A program made the position numbers and the translations under genes. Positions 38,335 through 51,059 of a stretch of DNA of 64,000 bases are shown here, piece by piece. Source of the DNA: Mobula hypostoma (lineage: Eukaryota); NCBI RefSeq assembly GCF_963921235.1, contig NC_086097.1, positions 173,540,001 to 173,604,000 of the forward strand, in the 5' to 3' direction. Positions within the stretch are counted from its first letter, which is position 1. Every line of letters begins with the position of its first letter. The notes under the pieces are model-generated. The model saw nothing but the letters and a program-made list of their open reading frames with translations. It did not search any database and was not told the DNA's origin.

Positions 38335-40657
38335 ACATTAACCAATCTTAAATCTTGAAATCTAGTGTATGTTTTAAAACACGAAGAGTACAGCATAGGA
38401 ATAGGTCATTTGGCCCACAATATTGTGCCAAATTAATTAAACTAGTAATTGACAACCCACTAAACCAGTCCTTTCTACCTACACAAGACCATATTCCTTC
38501 ATTCATTCCATATTTATGTGGCTATTTGAGAGGCTCTAAAGACCCTCTATTTTATTTGCCTCTACTATCACCTTGGCACACCTGGCATCCTGCATAATAA
38601 ACTTCTGCCGCACATCTCTTTTGAACAAACTCACTCTCACCTTAAATGCATGCCCTCTAATATTAAACATTTCGACCCTGCAAAGACGATACAGCTGTCT
38701 ATTCTACGTAAACTGATCATAACCTTACAAATTCTTTATCACGTCTTCCTCAGCCTCTACCACTCCAGAGAAAACAACCTAAAAGTCTTCCATTCAATCA
38801 AAGCCACCTCCTGGGTTTCTGCATCCACTTTCATTTAGGCAACCAATCAGCCGTTACTGGGCACTTCTTCCCTCCTTCTTCCTGCCCAATCGTAGTACAG
38901 ATTAAATGGTGATCAGGACTTCCACAGACTGTCAACAATTCCTTTCCTCCTATGGATGCTGCTTGATCCACTGAGTTCCTCCAGCAGATTCCTTAAGAGG
39001 TCTACAATATTCTCTCTCATTCACCCCCTTTATGGATGTCGAGTGCAAGTTTTCCTAATGAACAACGTTAAAATTATAACCTAGACTATAAAACATAGGA
39101 GTATTGGTCTATTCAGTCCATCGAGTCTGCTCCACCATTCCATCATGGCTGATCTATTTCCCTCTTAACCGCATTCTCTGACAAGATCTGCCTTCTGGTG
39201 AGCAGAACATGTGGTATTCAAGAAAAAGTCCAAACAAGAACATTATAATGATATCAGATGAATATAATCTCAGATTTATACTTGACTAATTTGGCACTGT
39301 AGCCTAACGTTCCATTGTATTTATTGATTACTGCTTTTCCACATTTGGCCACAGTAAGTGTCAAGTTTACCATCCTTCCAGATGTCATCCCACCTATCCT
39401 CTAGTTAGTCAAACTCCATTGATTCAGTATTTTTTGTGCAGTACAAGAGGCTGCATATGATTCTCATTTATGGATCTTCATGTTTGGATTTTCATCTCCA
39501 AAAATTGTGTCCATGAATCAATCTTGTCCAGATCTCTCGTGTCATTTTGAGTGTTTCACCACATTCTACCAGCCCTCCTACATTTGAGATTGCGAGAATT
39601 GAATTCAATTATTTGCAGTTTTGAATCTACTTATTCAATCATTGATTCAATAACAGAAAACAAGCATCCTCTATATATCAGTGCATCTCTGCAGCCCAAA
39701 ACCACAATCCCTATATGAAAATTTAAAAAATACAGATGCTGAAAACTGAAATAATAATATAAAATACAGAAATTAGAATTTATTGTTGCCACATTTATTG
39801 AAGTACAGTGAAAATCTTGCATTGCAAAGTGTTCATACAGATAATTTCACTGAAGTAAACAAGAGCAAAGCACAGAATAAATGGTTGCAGTTATACAGAA
39901 ATACAGTGCATGTCAACAGTGAGATTTAAGGTCATGATGAGGGAGATTATGAGGTCAAGAGTCAATTTTATCATACTAGGGAACCATTCAATAGTCTGAT
40001 AACAGAAAATTTCCAGCAATTCCATCTGTAGGGAAATCTACTATAACCCAGAAAGCAATGTAAAAACTACATTTGTTGAAGGTTTATCCTTTTAAATGGT
40101 GTCATCTTTAACTCAATCCAAAGGCAAGCAAAGGTGGAGATGTGGATAGAGAAATCTTTTTTAACATGGAGATAATTATATTTTACTGTGCATTTCTCTC
40201 TTAGAAATATCCCTCATATTCTATAATTACTTTTCCAGAATAAAATAAATCTTTTTGATTATTATCAGGCTGTGATTAAAGCTCCATTGCTGCTCTATCT
40301 AGAAAATACAAAGTAAATTTCAGACCAGATGAGCAAAATATCCCATTAAATTACCACAAACATATGTGTAGTAGTCTTTCAAAGCTGCCCTCGCTATTCA
40401 TCAACAATAACCATCTCGTAGTTCTCCTAAAAGAGATTTACAAATTTCAGACAGAACTCTGTTCTATTCTTTTCAAGGAGCAGTGCCTCAGAAAGGTGGC
40501 ATCCATTATTAAGGGAATGCCTTCTTATTGGTACCATCAGGAAGGAGATACAGAAGCCTGAAGCCACACACTCAGTGATTCAGGAACAGCTTCTTCCCCT
40601 CTGCCATCTGATTCCTAAATGGACATTGAACCCATGAACACCACTTCACTTTTTTTT

Positions 40658-43060
40658 GCAACACACACAGAATGCTGCAGGAACTCAGCATGGCATGCAT
40701 CATCCATGGAAAAGAGTACAGATGATGTTTCGGGCTGAGACCCTTCATCGAGACCGGAGAAAAAGAAGACAAGGAGTCAGAGTAAGAACGTGGAGGGGAG
40801 GAAGAATCAAGGTGATAGGTGAAACCAGGAAGGGAGAAGGAATGAAGTAAAGAGCTGGGAAGTTGATTGATGAAAGAGATATAGGGCTGGAGAATGGGGA
40901 GTTTGATAGGAGAGATCAGATGGCCATGAAATAAAGAAAATGGGGAGGAGCACCAAAGGAAGGTGATGGGCAGGTAAGGAAATAAGGTAAGAGAGGGGAA
41001 TGGGAATGGTGAAGGGGGGGATGTTATTGGAAGTTCAAGAAATCGATGTTCATGCCATCAGGCTGGAGGCTACTCAAACGGTATATAAGGTGTTGCTCCT
41101 CCACACTGAGTGTAGCCTCATTACAACAGTCAAGGAGGCCATGGACTGACATGTCGGAATGGGAATGGGAAGTAGAATTAAAATGGGTGGCTGGAGCACA
41201 GATGCTCAGTGAAGTGGTGTGCCAATCTATGTCGGATCTCACCACTGTACGGGAGGCCACACCGGGAGCATCAGATACAGTACATGATCCCAACAGACTC
41301 ACAGGTGAAGTGTTGCCTCTCTAGGAAGAACTGTTGGGGACCTGAATGGTACAGGTTTCCCCTGCCATCCGAAGGTAGAGCGTTCCTATGAAACAGTTCG
41401 TAAGCCGAAATGTCGTAAAGCGAAGAAGCAATTACAATTTATTTATATGGGAAAATTTTGAGAGCGTTCGCAGACCCAAAAATAACCTACCAAATCATGC
41501 CAAATAACACATAAAACCTAAAATAACAATAACATATAGCAAAAGCAGTTATGGTATGATAAATACACAGCCTATATAAAGTAGAAATACTTTTCCACAA
41601 TCATTACTGAACTGTTCTCCGTAGCGAAAATCTCACGCAAGCGCCGTCGGAAGAAAATCTCACACAAGTGCTGTTGGCAAAAACACGGCGCAAGCGCTGT
41701 CCAGTAACCTTTAAGCTATGAAGCTGCCAAATCATAGCAAATAACACGTAAAAATACACAGCCTATATAAAGCAGAAATAATGTATGTACAGTGTAGTAT
41801 CACTTACCGGAATTGGTTCAGCGCTGAGCACACTGATGATGGTGTGTTAGACTAAGTCGTCGCAGGTTGGGTGGTGCAGTTGCCCCCACCCTTCGGGCCA
41901 CCAACCGATACCGATCCATGAAGCATGTAGGGGTGCAGCGGTAGCCGGGAGGCACACAGTACATCTTCAAGAAAAAAGCCAAAACAAACAAGCTAATTAA
42001 TTAGGTGCCGTCTGACACGTAATTGTCAGCCCAGATCAGTGCCGATTTCCGATTGCATCGTCTCTGATCTGGGCCGACAATTACGTGTCGGGCGGCACCT
42101 AATTAATTAGCATGTTTATTTCAGCTTTTTCTTAAAGAAGCGCTGTGTGCCCCCCGGCTACCGCTGCATTCTCTGCAAATTGGTATCTGTCCATGGCCTG
42201 GGGGTTGGGGTGGTGGGACACTGGGGTGTCATCTCGTCATCGTCTGTTTCCATTAGAGCAGGCTGGTCATCTTCTATCTCTGCCCGCCGCGATGTCGAAG
42301 GTCGAAGTTCGTCATCTGCTGTGGCTGATGTGGAAGGCTTGCTTGACTGCTGAGCCTCGCGCAGTTTTCTATCACACAGTTCTTTGTAAGGACTCAAACC
42401 ATCTTGTAAATATCCCCTAAACCTACGTACCCTTTGAAAATTAAAGTCGTACTTTATCATTGCAGCAAAAATCTCATGTAGTTGCTTCACATTCATTTCG
42501 CTACTGCATTCGGTTTCAATTGTTATCCTTTTTTCTTCCAATTGCATCAGCTCTTCATCTATCAGATCTCGGTCATGGGATGCCAAAACCTCTTCAACAT
42601 CATGTTTGTCAGCTTCCACAAGCCAAACTCACGTTGTCCTTACTTCGTTCACCACGATCAAAACGCTTAATTATGTCTAGTTTTATGCTAAGTGTAACAC
42701 CCTTACGAGCTCTTTCAGGCTTATCCGATACCTCAGTACTCATCTTGCTAATGGCTGCTCAATGCAACGTGTTTAAGCAGTGCTGTTCCGAATCCGGGGG
42801 AGAGCGGCTGCTCGGGGCGTGTGCTGACTTTTTATCGCGCGCTGCTTTTTTTTCGTAACAGTGAAAACACCTTCTGAAAGCGAAAACAGGGTACTAATGT
42901 AAGTCTTTCGTAACAGTGAGGTTTCGTAAAGCGAATGTTCGAAAAGCGGGGGACACCTGTAGTGAGGTAGAAGATGTACAGGCAGGTGTAGCATTTGTTC
43001 TGCTTGCAAAGATAAGTGCCAGGAGGGAGATCTGTGGGGAGGGACAAATGGACAAGGGAC
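40658..43060 (-). mobile_element. Penelope-like element 3' part, inserted in a Rex-Babar 3' UTR and split by a Tigger
   Basis: GIY-YIG remnant (ATHFNSTSHSHSDMSVHGLL..EEQHLIYRL); Cys linker GTYLCKQNKCYTC resumes after 42960; degenerate hammerhead at about 40722-40755; TSD-like tcactttttt at about 40646 and 43061. Confidence 0.82.
41352..42959 (-). mobile_element. Tigger/pogo non-autonomous DNA transposon, second copy of the 18323 family
   Basis: TA|CAGGTTTCCCC...GGGGACACCTG|TA; reverse-complement similarity to 18323-19735; ORF 42158-42619 is the Tigger C-terminal remnant. Confidence 0.9.
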
Positions 43061-44723
43061 TCACTTTTTTATTATTTCTAATTTTGCACTATTTTTAATT
43101 TAACTATTTAATATATATATGTACTTACTTTAATTGATTTACTTATTTTTTCAATATTATCGTCATGTATTCTTTTCATGACGTATGTTGCTTGCAAGGA
43201 TATTAAACATAATTCTGATTCTGATTTGAAGACACAGCTAAAATATCTGAACTGTTTTGTTGTACTAAAGAGCTTTTGAAAGTTGCAATTAATACTCCTG
43301 ATTGATTGTCTGTTCTTTGTGTGTTGAAGCTACATTGGCACATGGGAAGTTATGTTCATGCGAAAGTATCATGCGAAAGTAATCAAAAGCCAAACGTGAA
43401 AAAAAATGCAATGCTCGATGGGAATATCCGTATTTCTCTTCTTGTTACTGCCTTTATCAATCTTTGTTAGAAGTGGTGCCTGTGCCATATAAGTTCTTTT
43501 TCACACTGCAAAGACAATTGAGTTTAGTGCGGAGATGTGCCGTTTCCTTGAGATCATATTAAAATTTCATAAAACACTGATTAGACTTCCACAAGAGTAC
43601 TGCAGCCCATTCTGAGCATCACATGTCAACAGAGAAGAGGTGTGGGGTGGAGTTGTGGTTTCCAGTAATTCTGTGCTTTCATATTCACCCCAACAGAAAC
43701 TAACTTTTTTTTCCAAAAATACTAAATTATTAAAAATTAACTTTCTATCATATGGACAAGCTCACAATCTTGTTTTTTTAGTCCTCTATTCCACTCTTCT
43801 ACCACACCTGATTCATGGCTCAACCACAAATATCAACATACACTATATGCTGCTCAACACATTTGTCCAGTGTTTTATTTTTGTTCAACATCCCAGCATC
43901 CCAGACTGTTTTTGTCTTGTACCAGACCTTGAAGCAAGAATGGAAAACTTACAGCTTGTTATTCAAATAGTAAAAAATAGGAGATGATTTGATACAGATT
44001 TTAAATATCATCAACAGAAGTTCTAAAAAAGAAAAACTCTTCCCTTCTCTCACTAGGTTAATCACCAGCAGCCCTAAATTAAACCACTGCGAAAATCACA
44101 AAAACAAAATTAAGGAAATTTTGTTTTCACTGAGAAAATAATTGTGATCTGGACACTCCACCTGAAAATATGATGGAATTTGATCCATAAGTACTTTAAA
44201 AGGGAGTTGGGGATACAGGGATCTGAAAAAACAAATGATGCAATTGTAACTGCTCCTTTAAATAGCTAGTAAAATGCAGCAGATCAAGTGGCTTCATTAC
44301 AACTGCAGGTTTCAATTACTGTGATAATTTGTGTCGTCAAACAGCTGATTGAAGTAAACGACAGCAACCTATAATCACAGAGTGCCTCTATGCTACTGGA
44401 CATTCTCATGGGTTCAGAATAGCATTATCAAATACGTACAAATTAGTCACATATGGAAATATCAAAGCAGAATGATTGTTCATGAGATTATCTCTCCAAC
44501 AAACAGTAAACCAAAAAGCTGGAGGAACTCAGTATGTCAAGTAATATCCATGAAGGTAAATGGTTTGTTAGTATTTCAGATCAAGACCAGAAGAACAGGT
44601 AAGGATTTTCCAAAGGGAATACCACAGTTTAGGTTTTAGTCAACTGAAGAAACAGCCACTGCTGGTAGGGTCTTTAAATTCAGGATGATCAAATAGCAGA
44701 ATTTAGGACTTCCAATAAAAGAG

Positions 44724-44802
44724 CAGAAGTTCCCAACCTGAGGTGCACAGACCCTTCGGTTAATGGGAGGGGTCCATGGCATAAAAAGGTTGGGAATCCC
44801 TG
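44724..44802. mobile_element. Possible 79-bp hAT/Charlie-type MITE
   Basis: Terminal inverted repeats cagaagttcccaacct / aggttgggaatccctg; the 8-bp flanks match only partly. Confidence 0.45.
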
Positions 44803-46430
44803 TTTCAGAGGACTTTGGCCCTAGAAGCCCTAGAGATTGGGAGGAAGAGCATCAGGAACTGAAAATAACAATAAGAAATTCAAAAACAGGAAGGAGAAAG
44901 GTCATTCAATTTTAAATATACACAGCAGTAAAACCTTCCATTTACCTCAGACCTTTACCATAACAAAGTACATCACAAAAACATTAAAACAATAAAATTA
45001 ATACCAAGCCAAATCAGGAGATATGCAATTGATCTTAAAATGCTTAATTCCAGTTCAAGTCATACTAGAGGTATTGTAGAACATAGTTCCTTAGGCTAAA
45101 AATATCACTAATATTTCCAACAACATATCTGAAGCATTCATTGTTGTATTAATTAATTTTGTGGATTCACCAAAACATCCCTCGAAAACAACAGTTTCTT
45201 TGTAACTTACAGGAAACATGTTATAATTGCAATCCGAAAAAAAATTAATTCCAATCCTTCAAAATTTAAAACATTATTTTGGCTGACATATCAGTTAAAC
45301 AATGATGGATCTTGAAGATTGCTGTACAATTAACTGGTGTGAGCCCAAGTATATACACCACTCCCAAATCAATAACTGACATATTGTGTGAGACATTGCT
45401 CTATAACTATACTGAACACAAGGTAGTGTAACAACAGTCATCAAGTTGAACAAAATGACTAAAATTTGCAACATTCTGCTAAGACCAAGTTGGTTTCTGT
45501 TATCAGAAAATTGGATGTAGTTTTTTGTATGAAGTGTTATAGCTCAATTTGGTGAAGATCCTATTTGTTACAGAACAATCTTGAATAGATAGAGCTAAGA
45601 AATGAATCTATGTTTCCAGAAACGTTGTGGACAACATTACACTAAAAGACAGATACGCGAAACACATTAATTCTACAATTTTAATAAAATCTGACTAACC
45701 TATTATTGGTAAAAAAAATATCAGAACAGCATTAAAATTTGTTCAAATGGCACCCATTCTGACAAAACGTCATAGAAATGAACTCTATCCATGGCATTTG
45801 GTGAATTTTCAGTTTTATTAGATGATAACAGTCACATTGATAAGCCCACACTTTAATTAACTGTTCTTTTAAAACATGGCTCTCAAATATAACAATGTTA
45901 TTTTCCAAATGGGTTCCAGTATCTAATCTCCTAAAACCTATCGTTTTCATAATGGTTTCATTTTTGCAATCATGTGCAACTTCAGTAGTATTTACATAGT
46001 CCACATCAATTTACTTAAATCTTCTTTTAGACCCAAGAATTACATATTGGACAAGAGTTGTAAATTACATAAAATAAATTCCCAAAAGATTAAAATTCAT
46101 TCCAGCTCTTTGCTCCTTTATCTACTGTCAGCATGAAACAGAGAACATGTAATGTAAGAGGAGAACAATTATATTCTTCATGTTTGACAAAAATGTTACT
46201 TCATTCAGCAGATAGTAATTTTAAATCTGCATAATAAACAATGTTGGGCTGAGTTGAGTGTATTTATGATTAATATAGTGATTAATGTTCATAATTTCAT
46301 CAGATGGTACACGTGCAACTTGTATCAGGGTTGTCACTCATAAATACCTTGAAATAAAATGGTGCTCATCTATTATCATGATAGAAGTTCCCAAAAGAAG
46401 AAAAATAGAATATCCAGAGTTAATTCTTAC

Positions 46431-46610
46431 CAGAGCTGTGATAGCTGTCCATGTGCAGAGGAATCTGGATAGTGAAAGCAAGCAGGTCAGGAGCTAAAAG
46501 AGACTCTGGTTTCCTACTTTCATTCAGCCATTTGCTCTTATGCAAATCTCTTGTGTCTGAAGGTCCTTGTATTAATGGAATCAGCTTTTCCTTCATCCCA
46601 TCACTTCTTC
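46431..46610 (-). CDS. VPS13B: VPS13B next coding exon, 180 nt, phase 1-1 (probably equivalent to human exon 19); missed by the ORF track
   Basis: Hand translation GRSDGMKEKLIPLIQGPSDTRDLHKSKWLNESRKPESLLAPDLLAFTIQIPLHMDSYHSSG matches the recalled human continuation (KEKLIPLLQGPSDTKDLHSTKWLNESRKPESLLAPDL...). Acceptor aaatctag|GA, donor CTG|gtaaga. In frame with the 62264-62398 exon. Confidence 0.95.
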
Positions 46611-47275
46611 CTAGATTTGGTTAAAAGGATTCTGTCAACAACTTCCTTTTAATATATTAATTTCTCAAATCATACACAAACAAACATCCTAACAACCAAG
46701 AAGAAAGGCAAAGCACATTGACCTATTTACCTGGAATCTTAACTTGAAATGATACTGTGAGAAAAACATATTCAATAAAAAAACAACAAAAAGTCTTTCC
46801 CATTCGCCAAGAGAATGTTGTTCCACTGCCTCAGATACATCCAAGGTTTTTCAACCCACAATGGAATATCCTTGACATAAGCTGTTTCGGGGAATAACAC
46901 CTTTATGGAATATGTTTTTATTGTTTTACTCAGAATTTCCAGGGGACATCACCTAGTTGAAGATACTTGGACAATAAGATGATTTTATATAAATTCACTT
47001 CTCTCAAGTGATCAGAGCAAGCCATTCATTAGAATAAGCATGTCATTCCAGTGAATTAAAAATATGCAGCAAGCCCTTGGGGAAGTTCTGTAGGATTTGC
47101 TCTGTGGAATCTTGGCAAGTGAAGTTATTTCATAGGAACACAATACTGTCCAATATAATTAATTTACTTTTTCTACCACAGCAAACCAAAAATACATAAC
47201 AAAAGATTGAAAGGGTAATCTGATTTTTCTTTTAAACGATCCAAGCCACAAGCAAAGAATTGTCAATAAGTACCG

Positions 47276-47357
47276 AATGGCCTTAAAATTGGAGTATATG
47301 TGTTTGTTTACAACCTAATGGCCTTAAAATTTGGGTCTGTGTGCTTGTTTACAACAT
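47276..47357 (+). repeat. Diverged 41-bp tandem duplication
   Basis: aatggccttaaaatt...tgtgtttgtttacaac occurs twice. Confidence 0.8.
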
Positions 47358-47542
47358 AGAGAAGTTCTCCAAGGGGATGGTCGGAATACAACCAACCACT
47401 CTATACAGAAAGAAAGTCTGCAGCCTGCAGTGCTGGTTAAAGCTCCTCCCTATGAGCCTACAATGCATGAACAAAACAAAAGACATCTTAACACCTTCTC
47501 CAGACCTATTTAATAAAATGTGATTGCAAATGATCACACTAA

Positions 47543-48359
47543 GGCTACGTCCACTCTAGACTGGATAAATCCGTAACCAAAGCTTTTTCTCTTCGTTTTG
47601 ATCCTCCATCCACAGTGAAGTGGCGTTTTCCTCCCTCGAAAACGGAGCTTTTCTAAAACACTCTCCAGAGTGTTTAAATCTGAAAACGCCAGTTGGCCAT
47701 TGCAGTGCTTACGGGGTAACCGGCTAATTTTAAAAACACTGTCATGATGTGCCGGAACAAATGGTGGTGGCATCACAGCATTTCACTGTTTTCTTGAACA
47801 CAACCTCCAACACCACAACAACAATATCTGACAATAGATGTATAACAGCCTAATGTAACATTGTATGGAAATACAAGATAACACTGATGCAGACATGTTT
47901 TATACATTTAACAAGGAGCTTTATTAATGTATTGCTTGTGCAAACATTCAATAAGTGCAACTGTCACTTTTGCCCAGCAACTCGTTTTATTGTACATGTT
48001 AAATACAACAAAATAGTACACAAAGACATGGCAAAAGTAAAGGCAAACAAATGAGGTAACAGCAAATTTCACTTTTGCCCAGTAACAAGCCTGATTGCAT
48101 TTAGCCGTAATTGCCGTCCCTTTCATCGGTGAAGAGACTATGGCTGCAGGAAATGTTTTTGGACAAACGAGCACCAAGTATACCGTTTCCTCTTCACTTG
48201 TTTTCTGTGTGGCTTGCGCATGCCCAGTAGGACAAGATACAGCCAAATACCCGTTTTAATATGGATGGAGGTATTTTCAAAAATGCCTGGTGTGGATGCC
48301 TATCGTTTTTATGCGAAACCGGCGTTTTTAGAATTATCCGGTCTACTGTGGACGGAGCC
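47543..48359. mobile_element. PIF/Harbinger non-autonomous element (817 bp)
   Basis: TIRs ggctacgtccac / gtggacggagcc, TAA target duplication (47540-47542, 48360-48362), subterminal tccac/tggat/gaaaacgcc repeats, no ORF. Confidence 0.8.
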
Positions 48360-48804
48360 TAAGAGCCATACATTCTGTAGTATAGTTCTTGCAACTCTTA
48401 AAGGATTGCTGCATTCTGAAAAAGTAAGCATCAAATCCTTATGTTTGCCTTACAAAGCAGCTAACCTTCTTGTTTCAGGTTCCATCCTCCCCTCAACATA
48501 ATTGCCAAGAACTTCAGCTAACATTGCAACTGCTTGAATTAGCACTCTTCCTCCACGTTATCCCACCACCATCCCAGTCCTCCCAACTCCTCCATGATAA
48601 GGAAGCCGCCTCTGAGACTTCAAGTTGGCACTGCAGCTCACAAATAATAAACAAATGAAGATAACCAACTGACCTGTACTTCTGTATTCAAATATAGTCA
48701 GTCTCAAGTGTTGGGATAATTCAAACTGCAATCACAGAAGCCAGGGTGATATTACTTCAACCTTGGTAGCCATGGTTGTCATTGGATACAAGCATAGCAT
48801 ACAG

Positions 48805-48875
48805 TACATTAAGAATCCAATTGAAGCAATGTCCAATTTTTACATTAAGAATCCAATTGAAGCAATGTCCAATTT
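48805..48875 (+). repeat. Perfect 36-bp tandem duplication
   Basis: tacattaagaatccaattgaagcaatgtccaattt(t) occurs twice. Confidence 0.95.
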
Positions 48876-48919
48876 CCAAGCCTTTATACCTCCACTACGA
48901 AGACTGATTTGTTGATATA

Positions 48920-50523
48920 CAAACCCCATTTCCAGAAAAGTTGGCATATTTTCCAAAATGCAATAAAAACAAAAATCTGTGATATGTTAGTTCACGCGAA
49001 CCTTTATTTAACTGACAAAAGTACAAAGAAAAGATTTTCACTAGTTTTACTGACCAACTTAATTGTATTTTGTAAATATACACAAATTTAGAATTTGATG
49101 GCTGCAACACACTCAACAAAAGTTGGGACAGAGTTAAAGTAAGATTGAAAAGTGCACAGAATATTCAAGTAACACCGGTTTGGAAGACTCCACATTAAGC
49201 AGGCTAATTGGTAGCAGGTGAGGTATCATGACTGGGTATAAAAGTAGCGTCCATCAAAGGCTCAGTCTTTGCAAGCAAAGATGGGTCGTGGCTCACCCCT
49301 TTGTGCCAAAATTCGTGAGAGAATTGTTAGTCAGTTCAAAAGGAACATTTCTCAACGCAAGATTGCAGAGAATTTAGGTCTTTCAACATCTACAGTACAT
49401 AATATTGTGAAAAGATTCAGAGAATTCAGAGACATCTCAGTGCATAAAGGTCAAGGTTGGAAACCACTGTTGAATGCGCGTGATCTTTGAGCCCACAGGT
49501 GGCGCTGCCTAAGAAACCGTCATGCTACTGTGACAATTATAGCCACCTGGGCTCGGGAGTACTTCGGAAAACCATTGTCATTCAAGACAGTCCGTCCCTG
49601 CATCCAGAAATGCAACTTGAAACTGTATTACGCAGGGAGGAAGCCATACATCAACTTTATGCAGAAACGCCGGCAAGTTCTCTGGGCCCGAGCTCATCTC
49701 AGATGGACCGAAAGACTGTGGAACCGTGTGCTGTGGTCAGATGAGTCCACATTTCAGCTAGTTTTCGGAAAAAACAGGCGTCGAGTTCTCTGTGCCAAAG
49801 ATGAAAACGACCATCCAGATTGTTATCAGCGAAAGGTGCAAAAGCCAGCATCTGTGATGGTATGCGGGTGCACCAGTGCCCACGGCATGAGTGAGTTGCA
49901 TGTATGTGAAGGTACCATTGACTCTGAGGCGTATATTAGGATTTTAGAGAGACATCTGTTGCCATCAAGGCGACGTCTCTTCCCGGGACGTCCATGCTTA
50001 TTTCAGCAGGACAATGCCAGACCACATTCTGCACGGGCTACAACAGCGTGGCTTTGTAGACACAGAGTGCGTGTGCTTGACTGGCCTGCTGCCAGTCCAG
50101 ATCTATCTCCTATTGCAAATGTATGGCGCATCATGAAGAGGGGAATCAGACAACGGAGACCACGGACTGTTGAGCAGCTGAAGGCTTATATCAAGCAAGA
50201 ATGGACAAAATTTCCAATTGCAAATCTACTACAATTAGTATCCTCAGTTCCAAAATGATTAAAAAGTGTTATTAAAAGGAAAGGTGATGTAACACAATGG
50301 TAAACATGCCTCTGTCCCAACTTTTGTAGAGTGTGTTGCAGCCATCAAATTCTAAACTTGTATATGTTTACAAAATACAATTAAGTCGGTCAGTAAAACT
50401 ATTGGAAATCTTTTCTTTGTACTTTTGTCAGTTAAATAAAGGTTCATGTGAATTAATGTATCACAGATTTTTGTTTTTATTGCATTTTGGAAAATATCCC
50501 AACTTTTCTGGAAATGGGGTTTG
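48920..50523 (+). mobile_element. Full-length Tc1 DNA transposon (1604 bp), about 210-bp TIRs, TA TSD
   Basis: TA|CAAACCCCATTTCCAGAAAAGTTGG...CCAACTTTTCTGGAAATGGGGTTTG|TA; TIRs about 48920-49131 and 50310-50523, with inner aaaagttgggac direct repeats. Confidence 0.95.
49281..50303 (+). pseudogene. Tc1 DD34E transposase pseudogene (340 codons, two in-frame stops)
   Basis: MGRGSPL...HTH, WSDES, QQDNARPH, SPDLSPIAN (catalytic E to A; 34 residues after the second D); TGA at 49488-49490 and 50256-50258; no frameshift. Confidence 0.92.
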
Positions 50524-50599
50524 TAGATACTTACAGATATGGATGTCTGCAGATGATATTTAATATGAGATCTAAACCAGAATAATATATAATTTTGAA

Positions 50600-50790
50600 T
50601 AAACTCTTCTTGGGCTTCCACCCAGGTATAGGTATCGATTATAACCAATGTTTTGATGATAAACTCCGCCATCTTCATCAGGGATGATGCCCGGTGAATG
50701 GTGAATGATGCATGCCTAGCCCAGTGGTATTCATAACCCTATAGTCCGTCCCTCCTGATTGATCTGTCTCATCCAATCAGATTTCCATTC
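50600..50790 (-). mobile_element. Terminal repeat of a second Penelope-like family, with a degenerate long-stem-II hammerhead motif (50645-50683)
   Basis: Minus strand ccCTGATGAagatggcggagtttatcatcAAAAcattgg; stem II gatg/catc. Confidence 0.55.
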
Positions 50791-51059
50791 TTGAACTTAC
50801 AAGCCATACCCAGGTTAGAATATCTCGACTGTGCGCTCCCAAAATATTATTAAATTAAAAATTCTGACTTTACTCTCTATATTTGCTTCTACAAACTGCA
50901 GAACTAATTTTCTCTCTCTCTCTACTTTCTGTAATTCTTCTTCCTTTTTTGCCTCAAATGTTTTTAATGCCATTCATTATAATACTTTGGAGGTATGGTT
51001 CCCATATCGTGTTATTTTTGACAAAGACAATTGTAAAAACGGAATCCATCTGTTATCTA

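Noticed and set aside
47276..48875. 36-41 bp direct repeats as a possible CRISPR array
   Set aside because: Only two adjacent copies each, no spacers, no cas genes, vertebrate context.
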